DNA of 64,000 nucleotides from Adineta vaga (GCA_021613535.1 CP075492.1:19964001-20028000); one strand, 5' to 3'. Numbered from the stretch's first letter, positions 1 to 12,355 are shown. Program-made: numbers and translations. Notes: generated by a model from the sequence alone, not told the origin.

Positions 1-1182
1 AAAGATCCGTTGCACTTTACAATCCTGTAGCACATAGTTGGTAGATATGGTTTGCTGCTCCACTATGTCAATCATGAGTTGGTGATAAGCCTCAATATCA
101 TTGGTGAAATCATCCAGATAACGTTGCTCAAAAACAGACTTCTGCAGCTGACCATTCTGCTTATGACTGTGCAGTGAAGTTTGCACTTTGAGTTTGGTAA
201 CTATATCTGGATCGTAATTAATGGTGTGGTAACGAATTATGTCTTGGGTAAAGTGGGTGGCAATGCGTTCTACCTGCTGCTCGTATTCGTATCCTGTGAA
301 CAGACGGGATGCTTTTACGGTGCTACCTTTGTATTGCAGATAATTGAGACAGTCATTCTTCAGCTGATCAGCAGTGAGTGGCGTTTGGTTAAAAGGATTT
401 AAACTGATGGACCATGTACCGGTTGATATCAACACAAAAGTCATATTGAAGCTCACCAAATAGGGGATAAGTGCTGCCGAGCTGTCATGCAGCCCAACGC
501 CAACACAGCAAGTACTTCCTGGAAGCACTGAGGGCCACACGCTGTCTGCAGTTTGTAAAGGGGCCATTTTTGGCAGGATGTCTTCATCGTTTACCCATAA
601 GTGGTAATTATTAATGCTGAAATCCCAGAGTGCTGTATGACAGCCGATGCTGGTGAGATCGGCAACCATTTGACCGCTGAGGAGATAGCTCATGTATTGA
701 GGTAGGTGCAAGGCGTACTTGAGCTTTTTGAAAACTTCAGGTTGTTTGTATTTTAACCGGTAAAGTTGTAAACCCGAATTTAGACTACCTAAAATCGGCG
801 ACGCAGTTTTTTGGGCAAATTTGGCTTCGTCGCCATAGATATCGTAAAATTGTTTGCTCAGTTCAGACGGATAGGGCTTCAGATAATTATATAGCGGAGT
901 TAACGGCGTTCCATCTTCATCGACATAAACAAAACTAGCACCATAGGCAGAAAAATTTACCGCTTTTAGATCGAACTCTTTATGCTTGAAGATCTCGCGC
1001 AGCGAATCAAATACCCATAGGCGCAGGCTGTCAAGATTTTCGCATGGATAATCATCTTCGTCATGAGTTTCCGGAAAGCGAGCAGTCCGTTCAAAAGCTA
1101 TCTTGTAGTTGTCGTCAAATAGAAACAGCTTTTTATTGGTTTTACCTATATCAAAAATAGCTATAACAGGTTTTAGCGCCAT
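1..1182 (-). CDS. FGGY-family carbohydrate kinase, Bacteroidetes-like; runs off window edge
   Basis: Manual translation from ATG 1182 is open to base 1 (absent from ORF track because no stop): MALKPVIAIFDIGKTNKKLFLFD...GLHDSSAALIPY...LISTGTWSISLNPF. Intronless, higher GC and bacterial codon usage versus flanks. Confidence 0.85.
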   Translation of the reverse strand, partial: MALKPVIAIFDIGKTNKKLFLFDDNYKIAFERTARFPETHDEDDYPCENLDSLRLWVFDSLREIFKHKEFDLKAVNFSAYGASFVYVDEDGTPLTPLYNYLKPYPSELSKQFYDIYGDEAKFAQKTASPILGSLNSGLQLYRLKYKQPEVFKKLKYALHLPQYMSYLLSGQMVADLTSIGCHTALWDFSINNYHLWVNDEDILPKMAPLQTADSVWPSVLPGSTCCVGVGLHDSSAALIPYLVSFNMTFVLISTGTWSISLNPFNQTPLTADQLKNDCLNYLQYKGSTVKASRLFTGYEYEQQVERIATHFTQDIIRYHTINYDPDIVTKLKVQTSLHSHKQNGQLQKSVFEQRYLDDFTNDIEAYHQLMIDIVEQQTISTNYVLQDCKVQRIF

Positions 1183-3613
1183 ACTTGGTAATCCGGTTAA
1201 TATTTGGTTTGGCCTGGCTCTGTTAACGCTCGAGCAAGTACTTCTTATTATGGGTCGGTAGAACCGCAAGATAAGGGATAGTCCAAAGTCGTTGTGCAAG
1301 GCGTCAGTCGAATATATAATCTGAAAAAGTGTCTTCATTGAAAGATAAAAGATATTATGCAGTGAAACGAGCGACTGACAACATGTAATATATACATCGA
1401 CACTCAGAGAAACCATATTGGAATCAGCGGTAGTGCGTTATAATTATCGCTGGTATTGATTAATCATTACTCAAAGCTATTCATAAGCAAAGGGTCCGAA
1501 AAATGTCCTAATGTTTGCAGCTTCTCCGTTCATAATATTACCACTACTCTAATTACCGAGTCGTTAACATTACTGAACATAATACAAAGAAGACATCTAG
1601 AATGATATGAATAGATAGAGGGAGTGGGTTCAGGGCTTCTGTTGATGAAAAATGTGATTTGCTGTGTGTGAGATGACGTTCTATGGTATATTGCAAGACT
1701 AAGCGGTTATTTTTCATATAACTCACTCTATCTCATCCTCTCTTTCGGCTCAGTCGAATACATTGTTATAGGGGGAGTCATTCATGCATTCAGTGATTTT
1801 GTAAGGGATGCAGTCATTTAAAACGTGAATACTTGTTCACTCTGTGTTCTTTTTCTGTGTGAGAAAAATCTTCTTTGTGAAATTTAATAAATGTTTATAT
1901 TCCATGATATTACACTCGGAAGTACTTACATGATAATATAAGAAAAGGAAATAAAGGTATTCCAGCTAGAAGCTATACAATTATGATAAGTATTAGTGCA
2001 CGCTTATAAAGAGATTGATGTAGTAAATAAAACCGAATATCCATGAGTATCGTGAAGAAGAAAGAAAAAAAGAGAAGAGGCATGCTGGTAAAAGGGTGCA
2101 GAGAGAAGAAGAAAATGTGATAAGCAAGTGAAGAGAAAAGGAAAAATAAAAACGAAAGAGAAATATATATGAGTGTGGATCAAGTGTCAAAGGTCAAAAG
2201 AACATTTTTTTAGAAAATGTTCGAAAAGTCAAAAGAATTCGATACGCGATGGATTCTAACGTCAAACAAGCAAGTTTCTAAAATTCTAGGCTTATTCAAT
2301 GGCACAGCCGTGTTTGATAATGGAACTTGGATCGATCATGTTTTTTCGTTCAAGAAATTCAGCCAAAAATTCTATAGTCGATTGTTTCTTTGACTCTGGT
2401 GAGGATCATACGAAAAAAAAGTTTGTATATGTATTTGAGAATGCCGATATTGGTCAAGAGAATATCGTTTAGGACTAGACATAGCTTAAAAAAGGCACGA
2501 TTATGGAACTCCCAAGAGGTTCTGAACGACTATATTATGGATGTATTCATAGCTTCTGAAAGGAGCAATTTCAATAAGCTTATATGGCTGTAAGATCTGT
2601 AAAAAATATTTGACTACACGACTGAAGACTACAGAGGCTATAAAAATATTTGAAACGTTAAAGTGCGAAGCCCTAGTTTATTTATAGGCATATATATATT
2701 AATGTCTAGTGTATGTATGTGCCTATTGGATTTTAGTTCAACCTTTGAAACAGTGTACCCTTAATAAGAAATGAAAGCCACATAGTATGTATGGATTTAC
2801 GCTGGTGCCATCAAAATGCCATGGTAGATGTATGAAGTCTATTAAACTGCTTCTTTTATTCAGTATGGAATAGATTAGCAGTGAGCAAGTGAATATATGG
2901 TGTAATGTGACATATCTTTTCATGACACTGGGCACAACGAAAGCTTTTAAAGCGCACTCACAGAAGGCATAATTTTGGCTGATTAATGAGAATTCAGTCG
3001 AAGGTCAAGCGAGTCAGTCTCGACGAGCGTTATTTTATTCTCATTTGCCCTTAAGATGAAAGTGCGAGGACACAACTAAAGAGTGCAAAATAAAAAGTTT
3101 GATAGAATTGATTGACATCGATTTATATTAATTCATTATCAACAGGAAGAATAAATCAAAATTGAAAGTCACTTATTTAAATAGAAATAAAATTGTCTGT
3201 CTTCTATTCAACAACTAATATATAGAATGCAATTCTTTAATTTAATTACCATTATGGAAAAAAACGTTGTATCAATTCAAAGTAAATAATATATATTTAA
3301 TTAGTTTCATCGATATTTCGTGCAAATGTCAAAAATATGTTTCATAATGTAAGAAATTTAGTTCAAGGTACAACAGTATTCATACTTTTCTTTTTATTAC
3401 AGTACTTCTCCCTAATAACGGCACTAAAATGAAACTTTATTTTGTTTTAAATTATGTTCATCTATTTTACGACCGATTTCAAACGACTTTATATTTGGGG
3501 AATGTGTGGATGACGCTCTTTCGAATGATATATTTCCAATCCATTTTCTCATATGGTTTCATGGAGATATCATCGGTCTACGGTCATGATGTCTTGCTGT
3601 CGTTATTATGTAA

Positions 3614-4908
3614 CGGGTGGCCCATAAAGAATGATAGTCTTAGTATTTTTTGGGTATTTCTTCCATTTTTCATTGGATTGGTTTAATTTTTTTTTCGAAC
3701 GAATCGCCGTTCGATCCTCTACAAAACTGGGTATTTATTATTGTGTTCGATTAAATTGATTTCATTTAAGCAAATGAAAAGTAAAGATTTACAAAAGCTC
3801 GTACTTTCAAAGTATAAAAATGGTGATGGACCAAAAAAGATTTTTCAAGATCTCGCCGGTGTCATCAGTCTTCCGACGATCGGAAGGTGGTGCAAAAGCA
3901 TCCGTGAAACCGGTTGCATCAATTTATCAAGATCATTCGGTCGCCCAAAAACCATTCGAACGAAAGCGGCAATTCAAAAGGTGAAACATCGATGGGAAAA
4001 GGGAAAGTCTGTTTCCTCTCGAAAACTGGCTCGTGAATTGGGTATTTCTCGAACGAGTGTTCAGAGAATATTCAAAAATGATCTAGGACTCCATGCCTAT
4101 AAAAGACGAAATGAACCAATGCTCACTGATGAGCATAAAGAAAAAAGAATCCAATTTGCTAATTGGACACGAATAAACTTCCGAAAAGAAGACACGATGA
4201 AAATTCTGTTTTCTGATGAGAAGATGTTCGACATTGATGGAGTATATAACTCTCAAAATGATCGAATATGGGCGGCTAATCGTGCAAAAGCTGATATCAA
4301 AGGTGGTATTCGGCAAAAACGCAAATTTCCGCAAAAAGTTATGGTTTGGCTGGGGGTTTGTTCTAAAGGGGTATCGCCTTTAGTGGTTTTCGAGAAAGGA
4401 ACAGTCGATCATGATCGATACATCAAGGAAGTGCTTCCAGTCGCTCTCAAGTTTGCTAATGACATGTTTGGAAACAACTGGACCTTTCAACAAGATGGTG
4501 CAAAGCCACACACTCATACAAAATCACAAGAATGGTGCGCCAAGCACTTTCCTTCGTTTATTGACAAGAATCATTGGCCTCCAAATAGTCCAGACCTGAA
4601 CCCATTGGACTACAGCATCTGGAACGAATTTTCTCAACTGATCGAGTGGGATGTAGTATCATCTAAAAGAACATTAATCTCTGCTCTAAAACGTGCTGTT
4701 CGTAAAATTTCACCAGATGTTGTTTTTGAAAGTTGTTCATCTTGGACTAATCGATTGCATCGATTGTCTCAAGACAAGGGAAATTATATAAGATAATCAA
4801 AATGCCTATTTTTGTAGAGAATTGATTAGTGATTCTTGTAAAAAAAAATTAGATCGATGGAGTGAAAAATGGAATGGATATTCAAGAAATACTAAGACTA
4901 TCATTCTT
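3614..4908 (+). mobile_element. Tc1/mariner superfamily (maT, DD37D) transposon; right TIR truncated
   Basis: Left TIR cgggtggcccataaagaatgatagtcttagtatt.. matches reverse complement ..aatactaagactatcattctt ending at 4908; terminal ~13 bp missing. Confidence 0.88.
3774..4796 (+). CDS. DD37D (maT) transposase, intact
   Basis: HTH, FSDEK, FQQDGA, WPPNSPDLNPLD; 37 residues counted between second and third D. Confidence 0.92.
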   Translation: MKSKDLQKLVLSKYKNGDGPKKIFQDLAGVISLPTIGRWCKSIRETGCINLSRSFGRPKTIRTKAAIQKVKHRWEKGKSVSSRKLARELGISRTSVQRIFKNDLGLHAYKRRNEPMLTDEHKEKRIQFANWTRINFRKEDTMKILFSDEKMFDIDGVYNSQNDRIWAANRAKADIKGGIRQKRKFPQKVMVWLGVCSKGVSPLVVFEKGTVDHDRYIKEVLPVALKFANDMFGNNWTFQQDGAKPHTHTKSQEWCAKHFPSFIDKNHWPPNSPDLNPLDYSIWNEFSQLIEWDVVSSKRTLISALKRAVRKISPDVVFESCSSWTNRLHRLSQDKGNYIR

Positions 4909-5049
4909 GAGGGTGGGTGTGGGTGTAAGTGTAGGTGTGAGATGGGTATACATGAAGAAAGCAGCAACATCTACATCCACCGACACCCTCAAAGTCAGCT
5001 TTTTCTCATTCAGTTTTTTATCATCCTCACCGATACCCACACCCTCAAG
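4905..5049. repeat. Telomere-like hairpin H1 (with an extra C-rich arm)
   Basis: tcttgagggtgggtgtgggtgt...caccctcaaa (4992); second arm ..cccacaccctcaag (5049). Confidence 0.85.
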
Positions 5050-5227
5050 TCTCGCTTTTTGCCCCTTGTTTTTTTGTCATAGTTATCGAATCTTTGAATA
5101 AAAACACAAAAACAAAATTTCAACGGTTAAAAGAAATGTTTACTACAACTTTTGTTTGAAATCTAAAGATCATAGTTTATGAAGATTTGGGAATGAAGTT
5201 TCGACTATGTTGAATCGTCTGATAATG

Positions 5228-6450
5228 CTAATTAAATGATGATCTTGTTTCTGAAGATGTGAGCATGTCTGAGTATCAGTTCACTCTGCATATATTTTTC
5301 TCGTATTCTTTTTTTTTAAATTCAGTAACATCAAAAAGCAACACAACGTTCGATGTAATAATGATCGATTCTATATTAGAATTAAAATCAGTATACACGG
5401 TTCTTCAGTAAAAAAATACTATTACAGTAAAGACTTTGAAGATATCTGAAAAGAGAATTTTTTTTAATCTTTATTTTCTGTTGCATATTTCTTTGTCCAT
5501 TCATTTGCTATTTGATCAAATATTTGTCGATCTGTTCGATAGAGTTTCAGAGCTTCTTTATTTAGACCATGTTCTGGATTTGGATCTGCTAGTAATGAAC
5601 ATAATGAGATTAGAAGACCTCGTATAGTCAATGCTGGTGACCATTGACTATGTAAAATATCTAAACAAATTTCTCCATTTGAACTAATATTTGGATGAAA
5701 TATCTGTGTAATAAATCGTACAGTTGGTGGTTTGAAAGGAAATTCAAATGGAAAATCAATAATTAAATGAAATTTGCCTCGTGAATATGGAGTATCATCT
5801 GGTCCTTCTATCCAACCGATCCAATGAAGCATATTTTTTATTGGATCTTCTGGTTCTGCGTAACATAATGGAGCTGGATTTTTCTGTAATTCATTATAAT
5901 GAATAATAAGACGTTTTGTAAAAGACATTTGTATGGCAAAAGAGAATAATCTAAAAAGCAAAATCTTGTTCGAAACAATTCGGATCAGAGTTAAAATTTT
6001 GTTCTTCTCTTCAATGCCAAAACAGATTGTTCACAACAATATAAATGGTCGCATTCTCTTTATATATGAATGTTGTTGGAAAAAACCAAGGTAGTTACGT
6101 CGGAGGTGGATGCACTGAAATTTGTTATTCATGTCAAGATGAAATGTTGTGATAATAACGTAAAAATAACATTTACATAGTGATTTATCTTGGAAACAAA
6201 AACACCATAAATGGAAATATTACTCATTACAAAATGTCATCAAATTTCTACTATTCCTATTTGTTGTAAATGAGTGATCTTATGAGGTAACATAATGTTT
6301 TTATGGAAAGAACCAACATTATACTCACACAACGAGTAAGAATGTTATGATTTTAATAACATATATTTCGACGATGTTATGTTATGAATCATTATATGTC
6401 GAAAATATCGGAAGAGAAAAAAATCAGAAATCATTATTAGTTATTTTATC
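5228..6450. repeat. Segmental duplication copy 1 (of 13355-14598)
   Basis: Near-identical ~1.2 kb including E2 gene, TATA region and upstream sequence. Confidence 0.92.
5464..5928 (-). CDS. Ubiquitin-conjugating enzyme E2 (UBE2D-like), copy 1
   Basis: FPFKPP, HPNI, catalytic Cys (EICLDIL), WSPALT; ATG at 5928. Confidence 0.92.
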   Translation of the reverse strand: MSFTKRLIIHYNELQKNPAPLCYAEPEDPIKNMLHWIGWIEGPDDTPYSRGKFHLIIDFPFEFPFKPPTVRFITQIFHPNISSNGEICLDILHSQWSPALTIRGLLISLCSLLADPNPEHGLNKEALKLYRTDRQIFDQIANEWTKKYATENKD

Positions 6451-6592
6451 AGTATAACTGTCAATACTTTCGAAGAAAATCGAAAAAATATTCTTTTATA
6501 GCTACCATAACGTTTTTAGTATTAGTAACAAGTATATTTGTCATAAAAATAATAGGTGATAATATAGATATATTCTGTTGAAGTGATTCACT

Positions 6593-6665
6593 CAAGGGAG
6601 AAAAGGCAATATTTTCGTAAATCGAAGTATCGTGGAAGTAGGGAATTCTCGCTTTTCTCCCCTTG
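6593..6665. mobile_element. Tiny MITE with CAAGGG(G)AGAAAAG TIRs
   Basis: caagggagaaaag...cttttctccccttg; same terminal family as 40961 and 41576 elements. Confidence 0.55.
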
Positions 6666-6859
6666 TATCATTATAATTATAGAACTCACTTGAAAATTCT
6701 ATATCTGTGCTTGTTAGATGTCTCATTATGTATATCAGTGATTAGTAATTTCAGATCTATCAATCAAAAAAAATATCTTTTCGTGTAGTTATAGAAAATT
6801 ATTAATATAGTTCACAAACAGATATTAACTGGGACATAAATTATCATCTCTATCCTAGT

Positions 6860-7601
6860 CGTAAATCTACTTTATACCCGCTACATCTTTATTCTGAGAA
6901 CATAACTTCACAATATGTTTTGTTCGTTCAAACGACAATAGAACATAATCATTCCATTGCTAGTTTTTTGTATAATATTTGATGGTAATTTTCTTTTTTT
7001 TATTGATTTATAGAAATAATGCGAACAACGCGGATGTTCTTCTTATATTTTTTTCTTCTCAACCAACAAAAATGTACGTTGACATAAATTCTTTTTCGGC
7101 ACAAATAGAAGAATTACAAAGAAATATTTGCAATTCCCAAAGAACACATGAACATCGATGTATTGATATTCAAAATGTGACTATATTAGTCTGATTGAAT
7201 AACTATATTACTTCAATCTGTGCAACTAGGAAAATAAGAACTCAACAATGTAAACAAAATGAGATTAGTAGAATCAAAAACAAGGCTAGATCAACTTGAT
7301 TCATCTTTTATGTATACAAAACTTATGAAAGAAACTCTACTAACCATATCGAATTCGAAGAATAACATGTGAAAGAATTACAAAATGTCGAAGAATTGGT
7401 ATAAGAACATTGCAGATCTTCATCAACAAATCGAACAATTATATAAACAACAATTTCATAGTTTATCGTGATCAAGGATTATCAAAGAGAAAAATGAAGA
7501 AATCGATAGGTGTATCAATGTCATTCAAGAACGTTTTCTCTATTAACAAAGATCATGATGTATTCCTCTTCTTCACCGAAAGTAATCTAGATGATTCAGA
7601 T
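6860..7601 (+). pseudogene. Decayed ADP-ribosyltransferase(-TPR) gene, cut at H2
   Basis: Frameshifted remnants ..SFMYTKLMKE.., VYRDQGLSK..MSFKNVFS..NLDDSDL, then reads directly into the hairpin. Confidence 0.65.
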
Positions 7602-7658
7602 TTGAGGGTGGGTGTGGGTGTAGACGATAGACTCACACCCACACCCACACCCACCCTA
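7602..7658. repeat. Telomere-like hairpin H2
   Basis: ttgagggtgggtgtgggtgt-agacgatag-actcacacccacacccacacccaccct. Confidence 0.9.
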
Positions 7659-7659
7659 T

Positions 7660-8180
7660 AGAAAGAAAGAAAGAATCAAATGATATAGAATTACATTGAA
7701 TTTTTCATTCACCATCTGCTTTTTCTTCATTGGACAAAGCAACACTTTCAGAACGTGTAACAACTTTATATAGAGATCATAGCATTTTATGTTATCGTTC
7801 TTTTTATACCTGTGGAAAGTGATTTATTTTTTGTTGGTGGTAAATCAACAGATAAATTTATTCGAATAATTGTTCAACATCTTGCCAAACAATTTCCAAA
7901 TGATAAAAGAAAAAAATCATTCTCAGCAAAATATGAAAATGCCATATCATCATTTATTAAAGATAAAGGTTATGATTGGGAAATAAGAAATATAAAATTG
8001 ATTTTGTTTTATTCTTAAGGTACATGTTGAAGAAGTATCATCAGATTTATGGCGAGAGAATAGTCTTATTCCACCAATAAAATATCTTGAAATCGAAAAC
8101 GAATGGGCACGAATTAATAAACCAATACCATATTCTTATGAAAATAACTATTGGTTAACATTGTTGAACAATTTCTAATA
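7660..8180 (+). pseudogene. 5'-truncated coding fragment of unknown family
   Basis: Coding-like sequence with stops and a probable short intron, beginning immediately after H2. Confidence 0.4.
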
Positions 8181-8495
8181 AAAACGGAGAAAAAAAAAAG
8201 AAATGAATTTGATTGATATTTTTTATTAACTTCAATAATTTTCATGATTTTTATCATATAGAATGTTCTGAAAGTCATAAAAATTAAAAAGAATCTGAAT
8301 CAATCATTTTCTTTTTCATTTACATTATACGATTGACTGATCATGAAGAATATATTTTCATAGAGATATTTTTCTTTCTTTCCTTTCACACGTGAATTGA
8401 AAGATAATAATCATCATGACCAAGCAAAAATAATGTACATGACTATATAAATAGGTTTGAATTCGTTGATATATACACGTACATAGAAATTCAAT

Positions 8496-9245
8496 ATGGG
8501 TAAACTCGATGGGAAAATTGCTTTAATTACTGGTGGATCAGAAGGGATTGGTTTAGCAACTGCTCAAGAATTTGTTGCAGAAGGTGCTTATGTATTTATA
8601 ACTGGTCGTCAAAAAGAAAAACTTGATTCAGCAGTAAAACAAATTGGTCAAAATATTTCGGGAATTCAAGCTGATTCATCGAAATTCGATGATCTTGATA
8701 ATGTTTATAAAATAATTAAAGAAGAAAAAGGTCATTTAGATATACTCTTTGCTAATGCTGGTATTGGTGGAACAATGGGTTTAGATTCAATAACAGAAAA
8801 ATTTTATGATGATATATTTAATATTAATGTTAAAGGTGTTCTTTTTACTGTACAAAAAGCTTTACCTATTTTAAAAGATGGTTCATCTATTATACTTAAT
8901 GCATCAGTTGTTTCAATTAAAGGATCAGCAGCAGGAAGTATCTATTATTCAAGTAAAGCAGCAGTTCGTTCTTTTGCACGTTGTTGGTGTGTAGATTTAA
9001 AAGATCGAAAAATTCGTGTTAATGCTGTTAGTCCAGGTCCTATTGAAACACCTTTTTTTGATAAAATAACTAATACAAAACAAATTTCACAAGGCATCAT
9101 CGACAAACTGGCAGCAGGCACTGTTATGGGTCGAGCAGGTCAACCAATTGAAATTGCTAAAGCTGTTCTATTTTTAGCATCAGATGATAGTTCATATATT
9201 ACTGGTATTGAACTTTTTGTTGATGGTGGTTCTGGACAAATTTAA
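8496..9245 (+). CDS. Short-chain dehydrogenase/reductase, bacterial type, intronless
   Basis: TGGSEGIG, ANAG, YYSSK, NAVSPG, VDGG; TATA box ~8445, AATAAA ~9275. Confidence 0.93.
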   Translation: MGKLDGKIALITGGSEGIGLATAQEFVAEGAYVFITGRQKEKLDSAVKQIGQNISGIQADSSKFDDLDNVYKIIKEEKGHLDILFANAGIGGTMGLDSITEKFYDDIFNINVKGVLFTVQKALPILKDGSSIILNASVVSIKGSAAGSIYYSSKAAVRSFARCWCVDLKDRKIRVNAVSPGPIETPFFDKITNTKQISQGIIDKLAAGTVMGRAGQPIEIAKAVLFLASDDSSYITGIELFVDGGSGQI

Positions 9246-10411
9246 AAAAAAAAAGATTTTTCTTTTCTTTTCATTAATAAATTAAATAAAAGATCATTCA
9301 CAAATCTCTCTCTCAATAAAACTATTCTTTCTTTACTATAACAAAAATACACAAATTAATACTTTATAAAAATTGTTTTTCATAAAACATACTAAAATCA
9401 ATTTATAATATAAAACAGTTTTAATTCTTTATAATCTAAACAATCAGAAATAGGTTTTACAATGATATAGTTATAATACAGAGTAACGTTGTTTATTGAT
9501 CTTAGAATTGAATATTTATTTTAAATACTATATAGAAAAAAGATTTGTATGTAGTATAATTATAAGTCTGATAATACATAGGAGATTGATTAAAGATAAA
9601 ACAGAATAATATATTGTTTTGTTATGATGATAAACTTTTTTTATAAAACAAAATTCGAAATTTTATCAAATAAAATCTTATTTAAATGTTTTAAATATCT
9701 GAATATCATTGATATTTTTCATTTATTTATTTCAAAATATTCACTTTTACAATTTCTTCATCTTTATTTCATAACTTTACCAAAAATAATATAAAATTAA
9801 TTCAATTAATGTTATCATCAATACTTAAATTATCTTATTTTCGAATGATCGATTGTTCTAGTTTATCTGAAAATATCATATCATTATTAACCATATCACA
9901 ATTGCAAATATTAATCATATCTATAGTCATCGTATTTATTATCTTTGAAATCTTTTTTTTTATCTTATTATTCATATTTTAATTAATTATTGTATTGTAA
10001 AGAAAAAGATTAATATTATACACAAACACTTCGATAAGATTTGTTTTCTACGGTTTGAATACGAAGTGTTACCGATGTAAAAAAATTCTTTTGTTGAAAA
10101 ATCATTTCTTCCTCTCTATTCAAATAAAATACAATCTACGAAAACAAACTAATCATTGGAATAATTTTGATGAATTCTAACAAAAAATCACAAACTGCAG
10201 TTTTGTGCTATTAAGGAACGAAAAATATTTGTTACAGCAATTGTTTTTACCTAAGTAAATATCACATGAAGACATTAGTTTATTGAGAGAAAATGCGCAA
10301 AATAAAAATTATAACGGAACATTTTATTTCATTCGTAGAAATATTGTTTTTTGATTTTCATATATTAACATATAACGAACGTGTTTATTCTAAATAACTT
10401 TGTCTATAGGT

Positions 10412-11882
10412 TATGTTGAAAGTAACTCGATTTACTATGATCATATTGTTAATTGTCTGTTTTTCATCTGTAAAAGGTAAACAGATTTCTTTTTCTCAGC
10501 ATTCTTCTTTTCAAAACAATCGATCTTTAGATCAAACTACAGCACTGTTCATAACAATGTAACAGAAGTTTAATGAATAATGTCACTTGTTATATGTCAT
10601 CCACTCCCTGTTTTAATTATCGTTCATCGGACGATATTAGTTATTGTGCTCCAGCCATTCAATGTTCAATTCTAGAACCGTGTGATAATATCACATATGC
10701 CTACACATCAAGTGAATCATTATGCATTATAAATTCTTGTTGTTCATCACAAGCAGTGTGTTTGCCATCGATGGTAACAAATTTATGTCGAAGCAGTAAA
10801 TAGGCTAGTCCTCTGTTTAGACTGTAAAATAATAAGGAGAAGAAAAGCTACACATTTAATTTTTTTTCTTGTATTCTAAAACACTATGAAGAAGTAGAAT
10901 TGTGTCACTATTTTCAGGACCATTCAGTATTGGTAACATGAACATTGCACGGATGTCGCATACAGCATTTGTCTTAAACGATGGAAAAGTGTTAGTAACT
11001 GGAAGTTTGAATTCTAATGGCAGTTTAAATAGTGCCAAATTATATGATCCGTCGACAAACAGTTGGACATTCACTGGAAGCATGACTAATGTACAATACG
11101 GACATACAGCATCTGTATTACATGATGGAAATGTACTAGTGATTGGTCCTTATTTATCTTATGCTGAGTTGTATAACACATCAACAGGAATGTGGACAAT
11201 GACGGGGAACATGAATACTGTACGATATCGACACACGGTTTCCATATTGAACGATGGAAATGTATTAGTAACTGGTGGATATCTTTTCGGTATTGTCTCA
11301 AATACTGCTGAATTATATGATCCGTCAACAAACAGTTGGACATCTGTTGGGAATATGACAAATGCGCGCTCTCGTCATACAGCATCTGTCTTGAACGATG
11401 GAAGAGTATTAGTAACTGGCGAAGACGTTAATAATGTTTATCTAAATACTGCGGAGATATATAATCCATTGACAGAATTGTGGACACCCGTGAGTAATAT
11501 GAATTATGAGCGATTTAATCACTTCGCATGTGTCCTCTCAAATGGAACTGTACTTGTAATGAATAAATTCGGTTTTAGTTATTCCGTTGATAGTGTCGAA
11601 CTGTATGATCCATCCTGAGATATATGGACATCTGTTGGAAACATATGTTATGGTCAATATTGGGATGTAATATCTGTACTAACTAATGAACAAGTATTGA
11701 TCAAGAAAGGTGTAGACAATGTTGGGTTGTATGATATATTAACAGGATTATGCACACATATTGGAACTATGATAGACAGACGGAGTACTTTTGCAACTTC
11801 TTTATTAATTGATGGAAGAATTTTATTAACTGGTGGAGCGTACGTGAATGATACAGTCTTAAATAGTGCAGAATTATATTGA
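10412..11882 (+). pseudogene. Secreted Cys-rich + kelch-repeat protein, with in-frame TGA at 11616-11618
   Basis: Signal-peptide exon, Cys-rich exon, repeats HTASVLNDGxVLVTG..AELYDPST; frame continues past TGA to ..NSAELY*. Confidence 0.75.
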
Positions 11883-11972
11883 TGATTCGTAACAAACTAG
11901 TCATTAGTTTTTCTAATTTTCGCTTGCAAACAAATGTAACTTAGAAATATTCTCATTATAAAAATTTTGAAA

Positions 11973-12017
11973 TTGAGGGTGAGGGTGTAAAGCGGTAGAA
12001 GAACATCCTCACACTCT
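11973..12017. repeat. Telomere-like hairpin H3
   Basis: ttgagggtgagggtgt-aaagcggtagaaga-acatcctcacactct. Confidence 0.75.
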
Positions 12018-12355
12018 GATTATAATTCCTTTTTGAATATTGTTTGACTTGACAAAGCCATCAGATGAACTTCGTTGTTGAGTAGAAATCACAATTATCG
12101 CAGCTTGCAAACAGAAGCCTACGGATTAACGACTAAGAAACACAAATAAACGTTACACCTTGAGAATGAGAAACTGTAATTCGGTATTTTGTCCGAAAAA
12201 AAATTCGAGAGTTGATGGAAGAGTGTATGTTTTTTTAAACGCGAACACGTTTTCAGCGCGTCAAAAATCGTCGATTCTTTCTTCACTTGCCGATTTCGGT
12301 GAGTTTTTTTTTCTTTTTTTGTATGCATCTTGGATTTCTTTAGATTGAATCAGAC

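Noticed and set aside
2200-2620. Probable non-autonomous DNA-element debris (also 3400-3610 and 22105-22385)
   Set aside because: No paired termini or TSD could be established.
4822-5101. Short ORFs with RVGVGV / HPHPH / TPTPT peptides (also near 13168, 27630, 54194, 63636)
   Set aside because: These are translations of the hairpin repeats, not genes.
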